Assembly (NCBI GenBank): GCA_001643675.2
Contig: LSRY02000015.1
Coordinates: 1,364,001 to 1,428,000, forward strand
Source of the DNA: Monocercomonoides exilis PA203
Taxonomy: Eukaryota > Protista > Preaxostyla
Direction: 5' to 3'
DNA length: 64,000 bases
In this document: positions 46,599 to 57,847 of the stretch, piece by piece
Layout of the letters: each line of letters begins with the position of its first letter
Position numbering within the stretch: the first letter of the stretch is position 1
Translations under genes and position numbers: made by a program
The notes under the pieces: model-generated
What the model was told of the DNA's origin: nothing
Database searches by the model: none
Seen by the model: the letters and a program-made list of their open reading frames with translations, nothing else

Positions 46599-48749
46599 CA
46601 GTCTTTCCGTAATTAATGTTGATCTGTCCAAAAATAATGTTGATCAAACCTTCAATTGTGTAAAACTTTTTAAACCGTGATATCTGATAATAACAGGGAA
46701 AAAAATATCTTTATGAGCAATAATTTTTTGTTTGATTCTAGAATAACACAAGAAAAATTATTGATCACTCAAAATGTCCCAACTGCAGAAGAATATAGTG
46801 TCAGGCCAGTTATAATGTCCTTCACTCATCACCTGGAAGACAGTATTCACCATGTGATTCGTATGAGAGCAGAATTGAAGAAAAAAGAAACCGAAGCACA
46901 TAAAAGCGAACAAATACAGAATGCTAATGACTCTGAAATGTTTATCAACAAAAAACCCTACACTCCAGCTACGTTGGAAAAAAGAAGAAAGCTTATGGTT
47001 TTGTTTCGTGTTCATGGTCAGGCAAAGGCAGAATCGTTGTATGCCAAAGAATGCTTGCTCACTACAATTACAACTGCAAGGAATTTATAAAAGTTGCAAG
47101 TTGGTGTGGTCATTACACAACCGTTTGAAAAAAAAGGAAGTAAAAGAATAGTCGAAAATGACACTTTAAATCAGATTGTTAGAGAAAAAATGAAACTTAA
47201 CCCTTTTTCAACTTTGAGAAAAACTGCACACGAAATGACAAATGCAGGCCATTCAATTAGGAAATCTTAATTTCATAAAATTTTGATATAAAGAAACAGT
47301 GAGACACAAGTTTCCGTTGTTTTCTTTCAAAAAATTACTGTGCAACCATCAGCTGGTAATTCTGAAGAAAATAAACTCCAAAGAATACACTTTGTGGAGA
47401 AGCTTTTCCAATATCAGCGGGATGGTGCTGTTCCTTTTTTTATTGACGAGTCTTCTTGGAACATAAGCTGCATTAGAAAGAACGGATGGTCGGAAAGGGG
47501 GGATAAAGTGCTTGTTCCTCCTCCTCCTTTGTTTCAATCTCTGACTGCTATTACTTCAATTTCAATGAAAGGAATTGCATATACAGAAATGGCTCGAGGG
47601 ACAACAAACCACGAACAATTTGAAAAATTTTTGAAAAGATTCTTGCTTTCCAAAAAATCATTTGAAACATCAGTTGTTGTCATCGACAATGCGTCGACAC
47701 ATCATGTGAATACTGAAGAAATTGTTTCACAATCTGAACACAAAGTTCTGTTTTATGCTGCTAACTCACCTGATCAAAATCCTATCGAAAACATTTTTTG
47801 AATTCTGGAAAGCCCAAGTTGAAGAAAACTCGTTGAAATGGGAGGATGAGTCTCATTTTATATCAACAATGCTTCAAACTTTCCAGAAAATTCCAGCACA
47901 TGAAGTTAGAAAAACAATCATGCATGTGGAAAAGGATGGGTGGCATTTGGTTTGGAAAAAAAGGATTTGTAATGTTTAACTCACAATCTTTGACTTTTTT
48001 TTATTTCTGCCTGTTTTAACAATCTCAATATTCACTATCAAAAGAAAAGAAATCATGATAAAATAATGAATGTTCTTTTTTTGTTTTGAAGATAAAAGAT
48101 TGATTGATTAAAAAATGAGATTGATTAAAAAGTTTTTAGGTATCATATTCTTTTATTCATTGATTTAACACAAGTCAGATATATTCCTATGAAAAAATAT
48201 TCTATCAATAATAGTGAATGTTTAAAAAAATATTAATAAAAAAGTTCTTCTTGAATAAAAATCATGAATGCTAAATATTAGTCAAAACATTATCTTTCTC
48301 ACTGCAGATAAACCAAGTGAAACAAAAAATATTTGATTCCGAACCTTCAATTCAAAATTGATACAAAATGATTTCAATATTATCATAAATGCAAGCTCAT
48401 GCCACGATCAGGAAGTTTGAAACAAAACACAATAACAATTTGATAATTTCCTGTTCATAGAAACTGAAGGTTATTGAAAGATCAAGAAACAAAAAAAGAA
48501 ACACAACCAAACTCAGATAACAATGGAACAATCACAATGAAATGTGAACGAAAATGAAACGTAAGTATTTTTATAAATTGAATCTTAAATGTTTATCATT
48601 TTTGAGAAACAACCGAAAAGAAACAAGTTAGTTTATACTTCTTCTTTTGTTTCAATCCTCTGTAAATAATGGCTCTGCAATTATTTTTTAACTTTACGGT
48701 ATGATCAACATTATTTTTGGACATATCAACATAAATTACGGACAGGCTG
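46599..48749 (+). mobile_element. Tc1/mariner-IS630 (DDE_3) DNA transposon, full length, inactive
   Basis: ~52-bp TIRs: cagtctttccgtaattaatgttgatctgtccaaaaataatgttgatca (46599) versus tgatcaacattatttttggacatatcaacataaattacggacaggctg (ends 48749), with TA on the left. Transposase ~46713-47979 has FFIDES, VVIDNASTH and SPDQNPIE motifs, broken by stops and frameshifts. Confidence 0.93.
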
Positions 48750-48880
48750 AATGGCACAGAATTTTTGCATATATGAAAAATTCAGTTATTAGTTCCAAAC
48801 TTTTTCTCATATAAAATAATTGTGATTCTGGCACCCTAATGTTTAATTAAATATTGAAATATTCAAAAGTTGAGAAAAAT

Positions 48881-49120
48881 GGGTGATTCTTTTTGAAAAG
48901 TCACAAATGTTTAATTTTCAAAAATATCAAAATATTCATATTTTGCTCAAATTTAAGTTTCAGCTCACAAATCTCCTCAAGAATGTTTGAAATAGCATTT
49001 TCAAGTGATGGATTCCATTTAAGTTCAGTTTGATATTTGTAAAAAAAATATTTTGCAAAATATGAAATTTTTGATTTATTTGGAAATTAAACATTTGTGA
49101 CTTTTCAAAAATAATCACCC
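48881..49120. mobile_element. MITE, GGGTGATT family A copy 2 (AAAT flanks)
   Basis: gggtgattctttttgaaaagtcacaaatg...catttgtgacttttcaaaaataatcaccc, the same 240-bp length as 13597-13836 with the core in the opposite orientation. AAAT on both sides. Confidence 0.9.
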
Positions 49121-49432
49121 AAATATTTGAAAGAAACATGTGGGACAATAATCACGAAGAAAAATATTTTGTCCAATATTCTTTTTTATTTTGAAATTAT
49201 ATAGCTTGTTGAAGACCTGAGAAATTTATTCTCAAAAAAAGCCGAAGAAAGAAACAATACACCACAACCCAAATTCCACTTTTTTGTGTTCCACATGTTA
49301 ATATTTGTTGTTTAATAACATTTTCTGTAACTTCCAACTCGGGGTTTTGAAGAAAAACAAAAATGAATTTTCGTAGAAAACATATTATTTTCTGTCAAAA
49401 TGCGAATGAAAAAAATATATTAGTCACAATTC

Positions 49433-49897
49433 ATATACGGAAAGCATGTGCTCCATAGCCAGCTCCTAAAGAATCAGATTCATCTTCAGTTTTTTCATCA
49501 TCTTTATTTAAAGCCAGCTCATCTCTTTCGTCGGATTCTTCAGTTTCTTCTTTTTCAGTTTCATCAAATTTATATTCAACATTTAAAGCTTTCAAACAGG
49601 CAATTTTTCAATGAAATCTTCAAATTTAAGTGTTTCTGATCTTTTTCCCGCAAAGCTAGTCACAGACTCATCAAATTTTTTGACTTATATCCCATTTCAA
49701 GAAAGGGATTTTCGAAAACAAGACCAAGTGTTTTCTATCAGATTTGTGCAAATACCACTTTCTGGATTCACAAAATTGTATTTGTGGCAAACAGTGTGAT
49801 GATCATAACCTTAAGATGATAAAGAGCTGTTTCCTTTCCACTCATCAGAGTTAATTATTGATCCTGGTGTAATGTTTCTTATATGAATTAATGTTGA
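49433..49897 (-). mobile_element. Merlin/IS1595 (ISXO2-like) transposase C-terminal fragment
   Basis: Manual translation gives ITPGSIINSDEWKGNSSLSS*GYDHHTVCHKYNFVNPESGICTNLIENTWSCFRK, matching the PGSxIxSDxW...HxTVNH..FVxPxxGxxTNxIExxW signature. An acidic tail follows. In-frame stops are present and the fragment is absent from the ORF track. Confidence 0.88.
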
Positions 49898-49900
49898 TGT

Positions 49901-50477
49901 GGGGGAAAATACGGACTTTCAAGCTTTTTATGCACAAAGCATGAAAAAATTGTTTCGCTCATAACTTTGTTTTGCTTTCTCATATTTCAAAATAAATTTG
50001 ATTTTCTTATCTGTAAACAGGCATAGTTGAAATCAAAACAAAAAGTTTTCCAACATTTCACGAATGTCAAAAAATGGACCCATTTTTATTATGTTTTTTG
50101 ATATGAAAAAGTTAATGAAAAATGCATAATTTTTCAGTGAAAATGCCCAATGCGAAATATTTCGCCCAACATATTTGATTATTTGAATAAAAATAGATTA
50201 AAAAGACATGGGACAAAATATTTCACATCAGGCATTTTCACTGAAAAATTATGCATTTTTCATTAACTTTTTCATATCAAAAAACATAATAAAAATGGGT
50301 CCATTTTTTGACATTCGTGAAATGTTGGAAAACTTTTTGTTTTGATTTCAACTATGCCTGTTTACAGATAAGAAAATCAAATTTATTTTGAAATATGAGA
50401 AAGCAAAACAAAGTTATGAGCGAAACAATTTTTTCATGCTTTGTGCATAAAAAGCTTGAAAGTCCGTATTTTCCCCC
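49901..50477. mobile_element. Long-TIR non-autonomous element (247-bp arms, GGGGGAAAATACGG termini)
   Basis: 49901-50147 is the reverse complement of 50231-50477 with no net indel. Flanks atgt/atat. Confidence 0.93.
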
Positions 50478-52410
50478 ATATGTTTAAAAAAAATGAAGAA
50501 ATCCAGTTGATACTATTTTCTGTGCTGAAACAAAGAAGAGATAGGATATGGAGAAAAAACGTTTTGAAATTCGCTATTGAGCAAATCAACAAACGCAAGG
50601 AACAGGGTTGCTTTTCAATTATGAGTATTAATCACAATTTATGGGTGGTTTAAGATCAAACTTCGCCAACACTCATATTTCCTGAGATGTTATTGCACGC
50701 ATCAGAAATGGAACAAAAACCTGTTAGATTATCAAATAAAAACAGCGAGTGAAAGGAATTTGATCTTGTGCACAGACTGATGAGAGTGGCAAATGTGTTG
50801 TCAGAATTCTCTGGGAGCTGAATGTTGTCAATGCAGTCCGGGGCTGCGAAGATTGCACCAATAAAGAAGGAGAAGAGAGAACGACTTCGAAGAAGAAGCA
50901 GATCGAGATCGAGCAAGTCTGAGCCGGATGCAGAATTTGATAACCTGATCGCGAAGCGGAAACAAGGTAAGCGTGTGAGATAGCTTTATTCAGTTAGCCG
51001 TACGAGGAGATGGGAAGATGAAGAGGTTAGCGACTGGGATTCGGAAAAGCAAGAATTTCAGGAAGAGAAAGAAAGAATAGAAGACTTTACTTGAATCTTT
51101 CCCAGGGAGTGGTTGACACCACGGAGATAAGCGAGCGAGTTGAGGAAGTTTATTGAATTCTGTTGAGCCGGCTCGATAAGAATGAGCGATGACATACTGA
51201 ACACATTTATTCCAGAAAGTGAGAAGGAGTTTTTCACGTGACACACTAACTCAAGATGGAACGCGCTGGTCAGGACAGCTATTACAACGAAGGGGAGAAG
51301 AGACTCACCAGAAGCTGTCCGGGTTATGGAACTGCTCCAACCTTCCCTTGAATCGGGGTCTGAAGCTGCCTAGGCTATTGCATCACTGACAGTGAAGGAA
51401 CTAGAAAAGGCGCACCTCATGGAAGAGGAGAAAGAACGATTGAGAGGACTGTTTTGCGTCTATGCGCTTATTGCCGACTGTATCAGCAGAATTAACCTAC
51501 TGAAAGTTATCCCACAATCGGGCTTGGAGAGCGCGAAAGGCTTTTTTGAAGGAGGAATGTCCAAGGAGGTGCCAGAAAACCTGAAGATGCTGGTAGAGTG
51601 CACCAGCTTTTTTCAAGTGGAGGGGGATGGTCCAGGGTATGGAGCATCCCCCGCTTCTCCCACAGCCTTCGGCCTTGTCGCAGCCAGGAGCGGACGCCCA
51701 AGGAGGTACAGCACAGGCAGGAACGCTCAGGGCTTCGCTTACAGACAGCTCCACAGAAGGTGATACGGAAGGAGTTTTACCGATTTCAAAGGAAAAAAGA
51801 GAACACCCCAGTCTCAAGCACAGTTCTTCCCAACCAATGCCTGGAGTCCAGTCCCTATCACTGGACCATTGCTACCAGCTCCCCCGATGACCCAAGGAGG
51901 GACAGCTGTGGAATCGACAGTTGGAACCAACAAATGGTCGCATGAATAGAGAGGGAGAGAGGAGAGAGAGCCGCGCTTTGCCGCAAGACCGAGAGAAGAG
52001 TGAGAGAGTCAAATTCCAGCGAAATGAATATGCAACGAGAAACAGCAGCTCCGGGCGAGATGAGATCAGAGACAGAAGTGCCGAAACAACACTTGAATAT
52101 CGGAGAGACTGTGAACTCGTTAGTCCAAAGGAGGGAGAGAGAACGAGAAACCACAGGGGATCGTGCGATAGAGATATCGAGAGAAGATGTACAACACGAT
52201 GCAACGAGAACAGAAGGAGACTCCGCATATCCCCGAGTGACGGGACAGACGAGCGAGAAGGGGAACGAGAAGATAGTTTGGAGAGCTTCTGGGACTGTTA
52301 TCGAGTCCCCAATTGGGAGCGCCCTGGAGGTGAGCTCGAAGACAGCTATTGCAGATACTCTCGAAGGAGAAGGAAATGCATAGATACAGTTTGGCCACAA
52401 GACGCCAGAA

Positions 52411-54373
52411 GTGAAAAGGAGTATAGCGAGTGGACCATTGATGGAACCACCGCCTGGGGAAGTAGTGAACAGGCTGAACAAGTGGAAGGAGAATGGGGGA
52501 GACAAGCTAATGAGCCGTAGTATAAGAGCTCGATGGATGAGTCCCCATTCCCCATTCTCAATCGAGGAGAGAAAACACAGAAAAGAGTTTCGGGGGAAGA
52601 CGGAGATGATGAACAATTATTTATCCCTCTTGGAGGAGGAATTGAAGGAGGGAGTGGTGAAGCCCGCACAGAAGTCGGAGGTGAAGTGGTTCAACCCGAC
52701 ATTCATGGAGATAAAGAAGAACGGAAAGTGGAGAAAGATCCTGGATTGCAGAGCTCAAAACAGAGAAGTGCAGGGAAAGCACTTCAAGATGGATTCCCAG
52801 GAGACAGTGGTGGAACTCCTGGAGGAGAACGACTGGATGACCACTATGGATATATCGAGTGCATACCAGCACGTCAAAGTGGACGAACAATTCAGTCCCA
52901 ACCTGTGCTTCAGCTTTCAAAATCAAGCCTATTCCTATGTGGGGATGCCCTTTGGAGCGAAGGATGCTCCCAGAGTATTCACGAAGATAATGAGACGGGC
53001 GGCGTCATATATCAGAGAACACTGGAAAGTGAAGCTTGTAATGTATCTGGACGACATTCTCCTCATGCACCCAGACAGGGATGCATTGAGATTGATCTCA
53101 TAGGAGATAGCCCAGTTCTTGAGAAATCTGTGCTGGATACTGTCGGAAGAGAAACTGAATTTGGAACACACAAGGAGCATGGAGTTCCTGGGGTTGCTTT
53201 GGAACTCGGAAAGGGTGGAAGTGACGCTCCAAGAGAGGAAAAGAGTGCTGCTCCTGGAGGATGCACGAATCTGGATAACATATGCAAAGAGAAGGAGGAG
53301 ACAAAAGACGAGAGACTTAGCAGCACTCCTCGGGAGATTGAATTTTGTGAGGTTACAACACCCACCAGCAAGCTTGTGGATGGCGCGAATGCAATACGTG
53401 CTGAAACAGGCAATAGCCCACGAGGGCTGGAAGGGAACGGTGATAGTCAACCCAATGATTCTGGGAGAATTAACACATTGGAGGAAAACCCTGCAAGAGA
53501 ACAGACCGAGGTGTCTGAGGAAGAGAACAAGGCCAGCAGTACTTACAACAGATGCGTCAGAGCTGGGTTGGGGTGCAGTGTTAACAATTCCGAAAGAGAA
53601 CAAGGAAGAGATGATATATGTCAAAGGATGTTAAACACGCTAGGAGAGTGCGTAATCGATAAACGAGAAGGAGTCCAGAGCAGTGTTGAGGACACTTGAG
53701 AAAAAGGGAGCGTGGCTGCAACAACAGAAGATAGATTATATTCGTCTGAAGACAGACAACATGTCCACGAGGTGGACAATACAGAAGAAGAGGGGAGCGC
53801 CATCGCTCATTCAAACACTGAGAGCATTGGAGAAGAAACTGAACCGCCTGGACTTGACAATACAGACAGAACATCTCCGGGGAGAGCAGAACACGGAGGC
53901 AGATGCACTCAGACGGATGGCGAAAAAGCCGGACTACGCACTGAGGGGGGAGAAAGTCGCAGAGATATTACAAACATTTTGACGGAGAACACCAGATATA
54001 ATTTCAGAACATATTGTGCCTGTGCCCTGCGGAAGTATTTGGAGACTATCCTCCGTGAGAAGGAGGAGAGAGAGAAACGCAAGAAAACGATGTAGTGTTG
54101 ATCCATCCGTTCTTGAGAAACATTGGACGGGTGCTGAAAGAGAGAATGAACGAAGCTCAGAGGGATCTGACGATTCTGATTCTGCCAGCCTGGCGGGGGC
54201 AGACCTGGACCCCGCTACTGCAGCCTGGGAATTTGATAAAGACCCTGGGCACCTTTCAGGAGTGCATGATACCTGGAGCGAAGATGAGAAGGGAAGGATG
54301 GAAATTACCACCAGGAGAGGTAATAAGCGTTATATTGGCAAAGAGATTATTCAAGGAAGGGACCTCTTTCTAG
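52411..54373 (+). pseudogene. DIRS pol: reverse transcriptase, RNase H and methyltransferase-like segment
   Basis: RT: KKNGKWRKILDCR, HFKMD, DISSAYQHV, GMPFG, APRVFTK, YLDDIL. RH: LTTDASELGWGAV, LKTDN, EHLRGEQNTEADAL. MT-like: LIHP...ILILPAWRGQTWTPLL. Stops at 53101, 53632 and 53980, plus a frameshift near 54000-54090. Confidence 0.93.
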
Positions 54374-54396
54374 CGTTGGGGGAATACGTTGGAGCA

Positions 54397-55499
54397 ATGG
54401 ACATAGCAGCAGCAATACAGAGAAATCAGAAGAGTGAAAGAGACACGTGGAGAGCACTGCGAGGGTTCAAACAATACCTTGATAGAGAGAGCATGGATGA
54501 AATTGACCCCCTCACATCCAGAGATGCCAAATGGATTATGGCGGAGTTCACTGAAACACTCTCGAATACGAACCTGTCTTGTGGAGTGATTTATCAGACA
54601 GTTCGGAAAGTACTGGATTCTATTAATCTATTCAGATAGACTAAGATTGATCGAAAGGAAATTGAAATATTCCTAAAGACCTATGTGGGGGATAAGCCAA
54701 GAAGGGGCAAACGATTCAAATCAATGTGGGACTTGACAATCATCACGAAATGGGCTGAAAGCACCTACGACGCAAAAGATATACGGATACTCCAGAGGAG
54801 AGCCCTCATCCTCACTATGATCTTTGGAGCTTTAAGGCCAGCTGATCTGGAAAGAATGAGAAGAGAGACAACGATATTCAAAGATAACTCTGTCCAGACA
54901 CAAGTACGAACCAAGACTTCGGGAGGTGAGGTTATAAGAGTTATAATAAATAAACACCCCAATCCACGAATTGATTCAGCAGAAGCGCTCCAACGTTGGA
55001 TGGACTATACAAAGACAACGTTTAAGGATGAACATGTGTGGTTGGTATCAGAGAAGGTCTGCCTGCAAGTGCGCAGAGAATAAAAGAAGAATTAGTGGCT
55101 GTCCTGAGAGAGAACGGAATACCCGACACATTTACCTCGTACTCGATAATACACGCTGTGATAACACACTTAGCATGACAAGAAGGAGCGGACTGGAAGG
55201 CTATTAATGCTTATGCGAGATAAGCTCCGGGTTCGAGAGTGGCCCAGGAATATTATTCCGTGTTACCGGTACAAGACACAAATTGGATCCTGGAGACAAT
55301 CTGCGGACCAGTACTCCAGGGGGGAGAAGAGAACAAGCCAGATAGGAGCGGAGATACGAAGGAAGGGACGCTGGAGATAGCAGAGGCAGATTCGAAAGAT
55401 CATACCGATGAATCACCAAAATCTGGTCTTGAAGAAGGGAAGAAACCGACGAGAAAGCGATCAAAAAGAAGAGAGAGTTTTCTTAAGGATGGAGGTTAG
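54397..55499 (+). pseudogene. DIRS tyrosine recombinase
   Basis: MWDL..., ALILTMIFGALRPADL (box I Arg), RTKT (Lys), GIPDTFTSYSIIHA (HSxRH-like), INAYAR*APGSRVAQEYY (catalytic Tyr). Stops and a frameshift are present. Confidence 0.88.
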
Positions 55500-55851
55500 A
55501 AAAGTGAAACGGCTCAACCTCGGAGCTCGACACCCCGACAACCGAGTCGTCAGAAGACACCCTCCATAATCCCCAGTAACATCAGTGAGCTGACTGGAGG
55601 AAGGACACAACTCCACTGAAGAAGAGAGGCAAAGATCGGAAGAAGCGTATCGGAAGAAGTTTTGGACTGATAGGAAATGACACTGAAGAGGCAAGGGCCA
55701 GACCGATGTCGCCTCAAAGATATCCCAAGAGAGAGGGTGTAGAGCAGGAGTGCAGCACCATCACCCGCACGCTCTCAACTCATCTGCCGCACTAGAGTGT
55801 GCTAGGGAGGAGGGTTTTAGATCACGTGAACTTAAACAGAAGGGATTTCGA

Positions 55852-55950
55852 GACTCATTATCGAGGAGCAAACCTACTCCTTGCATTTGTTAATTCGCTC
55901 CATTGCGAATTTATTGAAACGCAGTGAGACAGGATTTGCTCCGAGATAAT
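55852..55950. other. DIRS internal complementary region (ICR)
   Basis: 55852-55912 is complementary to the left terminus 50567-50626, and 55913-55950 is complementary to the right extension 56571-56610. Confidence 0.88.
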
Positions 55951-57290
55951 ACGAATACGGATGGATAGACGATAGGCGACTGGGTGCGAAGACGAGATAT
56001 AAGTTTGTGGTGAGATGACGAGAAAAAATGGCGAGACAGAAAAGGAAAGACTAAAGATCAACAGCCAGAAATGTTTTTCTTTTCCTGACAACGAGGCAGA
56101 TACACAGGGATGAAGAAAGTGCTCATATCGAGAGCGCACTCCTGATATAGATCATGAATGAGTCGCATAGAAGAAAACAAGACCATCATTTTGCAGTGTC
56201 TGATGATTGGGATTGTTATGTTAATACAGCAGAAGAGCGGGAGGCAGAGCGCTGCACAAGCAGTTTTCTTTTCCACTCCTCGCTGAAGCGAGAGTGGTTT
56301 CACTTTCTGCTCCGTTTTGAGCTTTCGCCTCACCGGATCCCTGAATAGCCAACAGGAGACAGCTCTAAGGAGAAATGTCTCCTGCCCTCTGGTCTTCGTG
56401 ACCAAGGCGAAAAGGCGAATTAGGTGGTGAAGTGAAGCAGACAATGCATTATTTCATTTTTCTATTAAAAATGTTATTGTTTTGTGTTTTAATCTCGCCC
56501 TTTTTTTCCACGTCATATTTAGGAGGGCGAAGTTCTCACTTAAACCGCACATAAATCGTGATCAAGACTCATTATCTCGGAGTAAACCTGTCTCACTGCG
56601 TTCTATCAATGCATTTTTGGATTGTTCATAGTAATTTGCACCTTTTTTAAATGACAACTCAGAACATGAATCAGAAAGTTTTTCTCTTTTCTTAATATTC
56701 TTTTTGCTCTGAAGTCAATTTTTCTGTTAAAATTCCTTTCAAGCAAATTTCATGCAAACTGTTTGGAAGTGAAGAAAACAAGACTTGTTTGAGTGCTTTC
56801 TGTGCCAATCCCATGGCATGGCTTTTTCTGTAAAATTCCTTGACATATTGTTTTTCAACTTTTAGCAAATAGGTTTTTCTACAAAAGACTATGCGCATGC
56901 GTGAAAAATATGAATGAGCATCTGCTATCTCTCTGATTTCGAAAAGAATAGAATGTTGAAACTTCACAGACAGATGTGACATCAAAAACAATGAAAATAT
57001 AAAACATTTCATCACTGGAGAACGGAATTTCGAATTTTTGGATAATTATCTTGTCCTTCTGTCATTTGTGTAATTTTTGTTCAAATGAACAACTCTTGTG
57101 TTCGCTTTTTGCTTTTTGATTTTTGGATTTCATTTTCTATCTTCTTCGATAACCATTTGAGTCTTTTCGAATGAAATAACAATTAGAGAAGATAACAATT
57201 AATATATTATCATTCAAGCACTTAAAAAACAGTTGTTTTTGTCGCATTAGAATCCGCCATTCGAAAAGATTGTTTAAATTATCTTTTTTG

Positions 57291-57450
57291 AATTTTGTTC
57301 CACATATTGATTTCTAAGATTTTCCTCAACATTATCATATTTCAACATTTCATTTTACACAAAAATGTCAGTATAACAATTATTTGATAGCAAAAAGTCT
57401 AGAACAAACCATTGAAATTTTCATGAAAGAAAAATTTTTGTTCCAAATAT
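57291..57450 (+). repeat. Dispersed ~160-bp repeat, copy 3
   Basis: aattttgttccacat...aaatttttgttccaaat, collinear with 13219-13380. Confidence 0.6.
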
Positions 57451-57548
57451 TTCTCTTTACCCAAAATTAATTTCTATCATCTCATAGTCTTGATAAACTT
57501 TTTTCATTTTTGAATTGAATTTCAAAAAAAAAAAATAAACTTCAATAT

Positions 57549-57802
57549 GGGTGATTATTTTTGAAAACATAACTTTTTTTGGGGTGTTTATTTTTCAATA
57601 ATTGTTGATTTTTGGGAAAAAATATGTTTTCAAATGTTCAATTCATGACGACTGTGTTAATAATTAGTGTTTTTTCTCAAATAAAGATGAAAATTTTTAT
57701 AATAAGTTTTTTCTTTTTTCAGTGTTCTTTTGTTGATATTCAAGTGAAATTTTCGAATCGAAATTTCTGAAAGAAAAAATATGATTTCAAAAATAATCAC
57801 CC
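57549..57802. mobile_element. MITE, GGGTGATT family B (ATAT flanks)
   Basis: gggtgattatttttgaaaacata...tatgatttcaaaaataatcaccc with ATAT on both sides. Confidence 0.85.
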
Positions 57803-57847
57803 ATATTTAATTTCCTTTAAAAAAAAACCAAAAAACAAACTGAAATA

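Larger units (their letters stand above)
50567..56610 (+). mobile_element. DIRS-1-type tyrosine-recombinase retrotransposon, full length, decayed
   Basis: Gag-like region ~50708-51800, then RT, RNase H, MT-like segment and YR. Inverted termini at 50621-50667 and 56526-56572. Internal complementary region 55852-55950 matches both ends. GC content rises sharply relative to the flanks. Confidence 0.93.

Noticed and set aside
51600-51620. Possible -1 frameshift site (C TTT TTT) linking gag to pol
   Set aside because: The frame relationship fits, but the heptamer is non-canonical and the copy is too decayed to support the claim.
50700-55499. Stop-codon reassignment (TAA/TAG=Gln, as in some oxymonads) or programmed readthrough explaining in-frame stops in the DIRS ORFs
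   Set aside because: All three stop types and frameshifts occur. Host genes here end in TAG (delta-COP, 5355 gene), TAA and TGA, and long host ORFs lack internal TAR codons. Ordinary decay explains it.
55679-55712. Hammerhead-like CTGAAGA-GGC/GCC motif, and CTGACGA on the minus strand near 55547-55553
   Set aside because: The required GAAA and stem III are absent in both cases.
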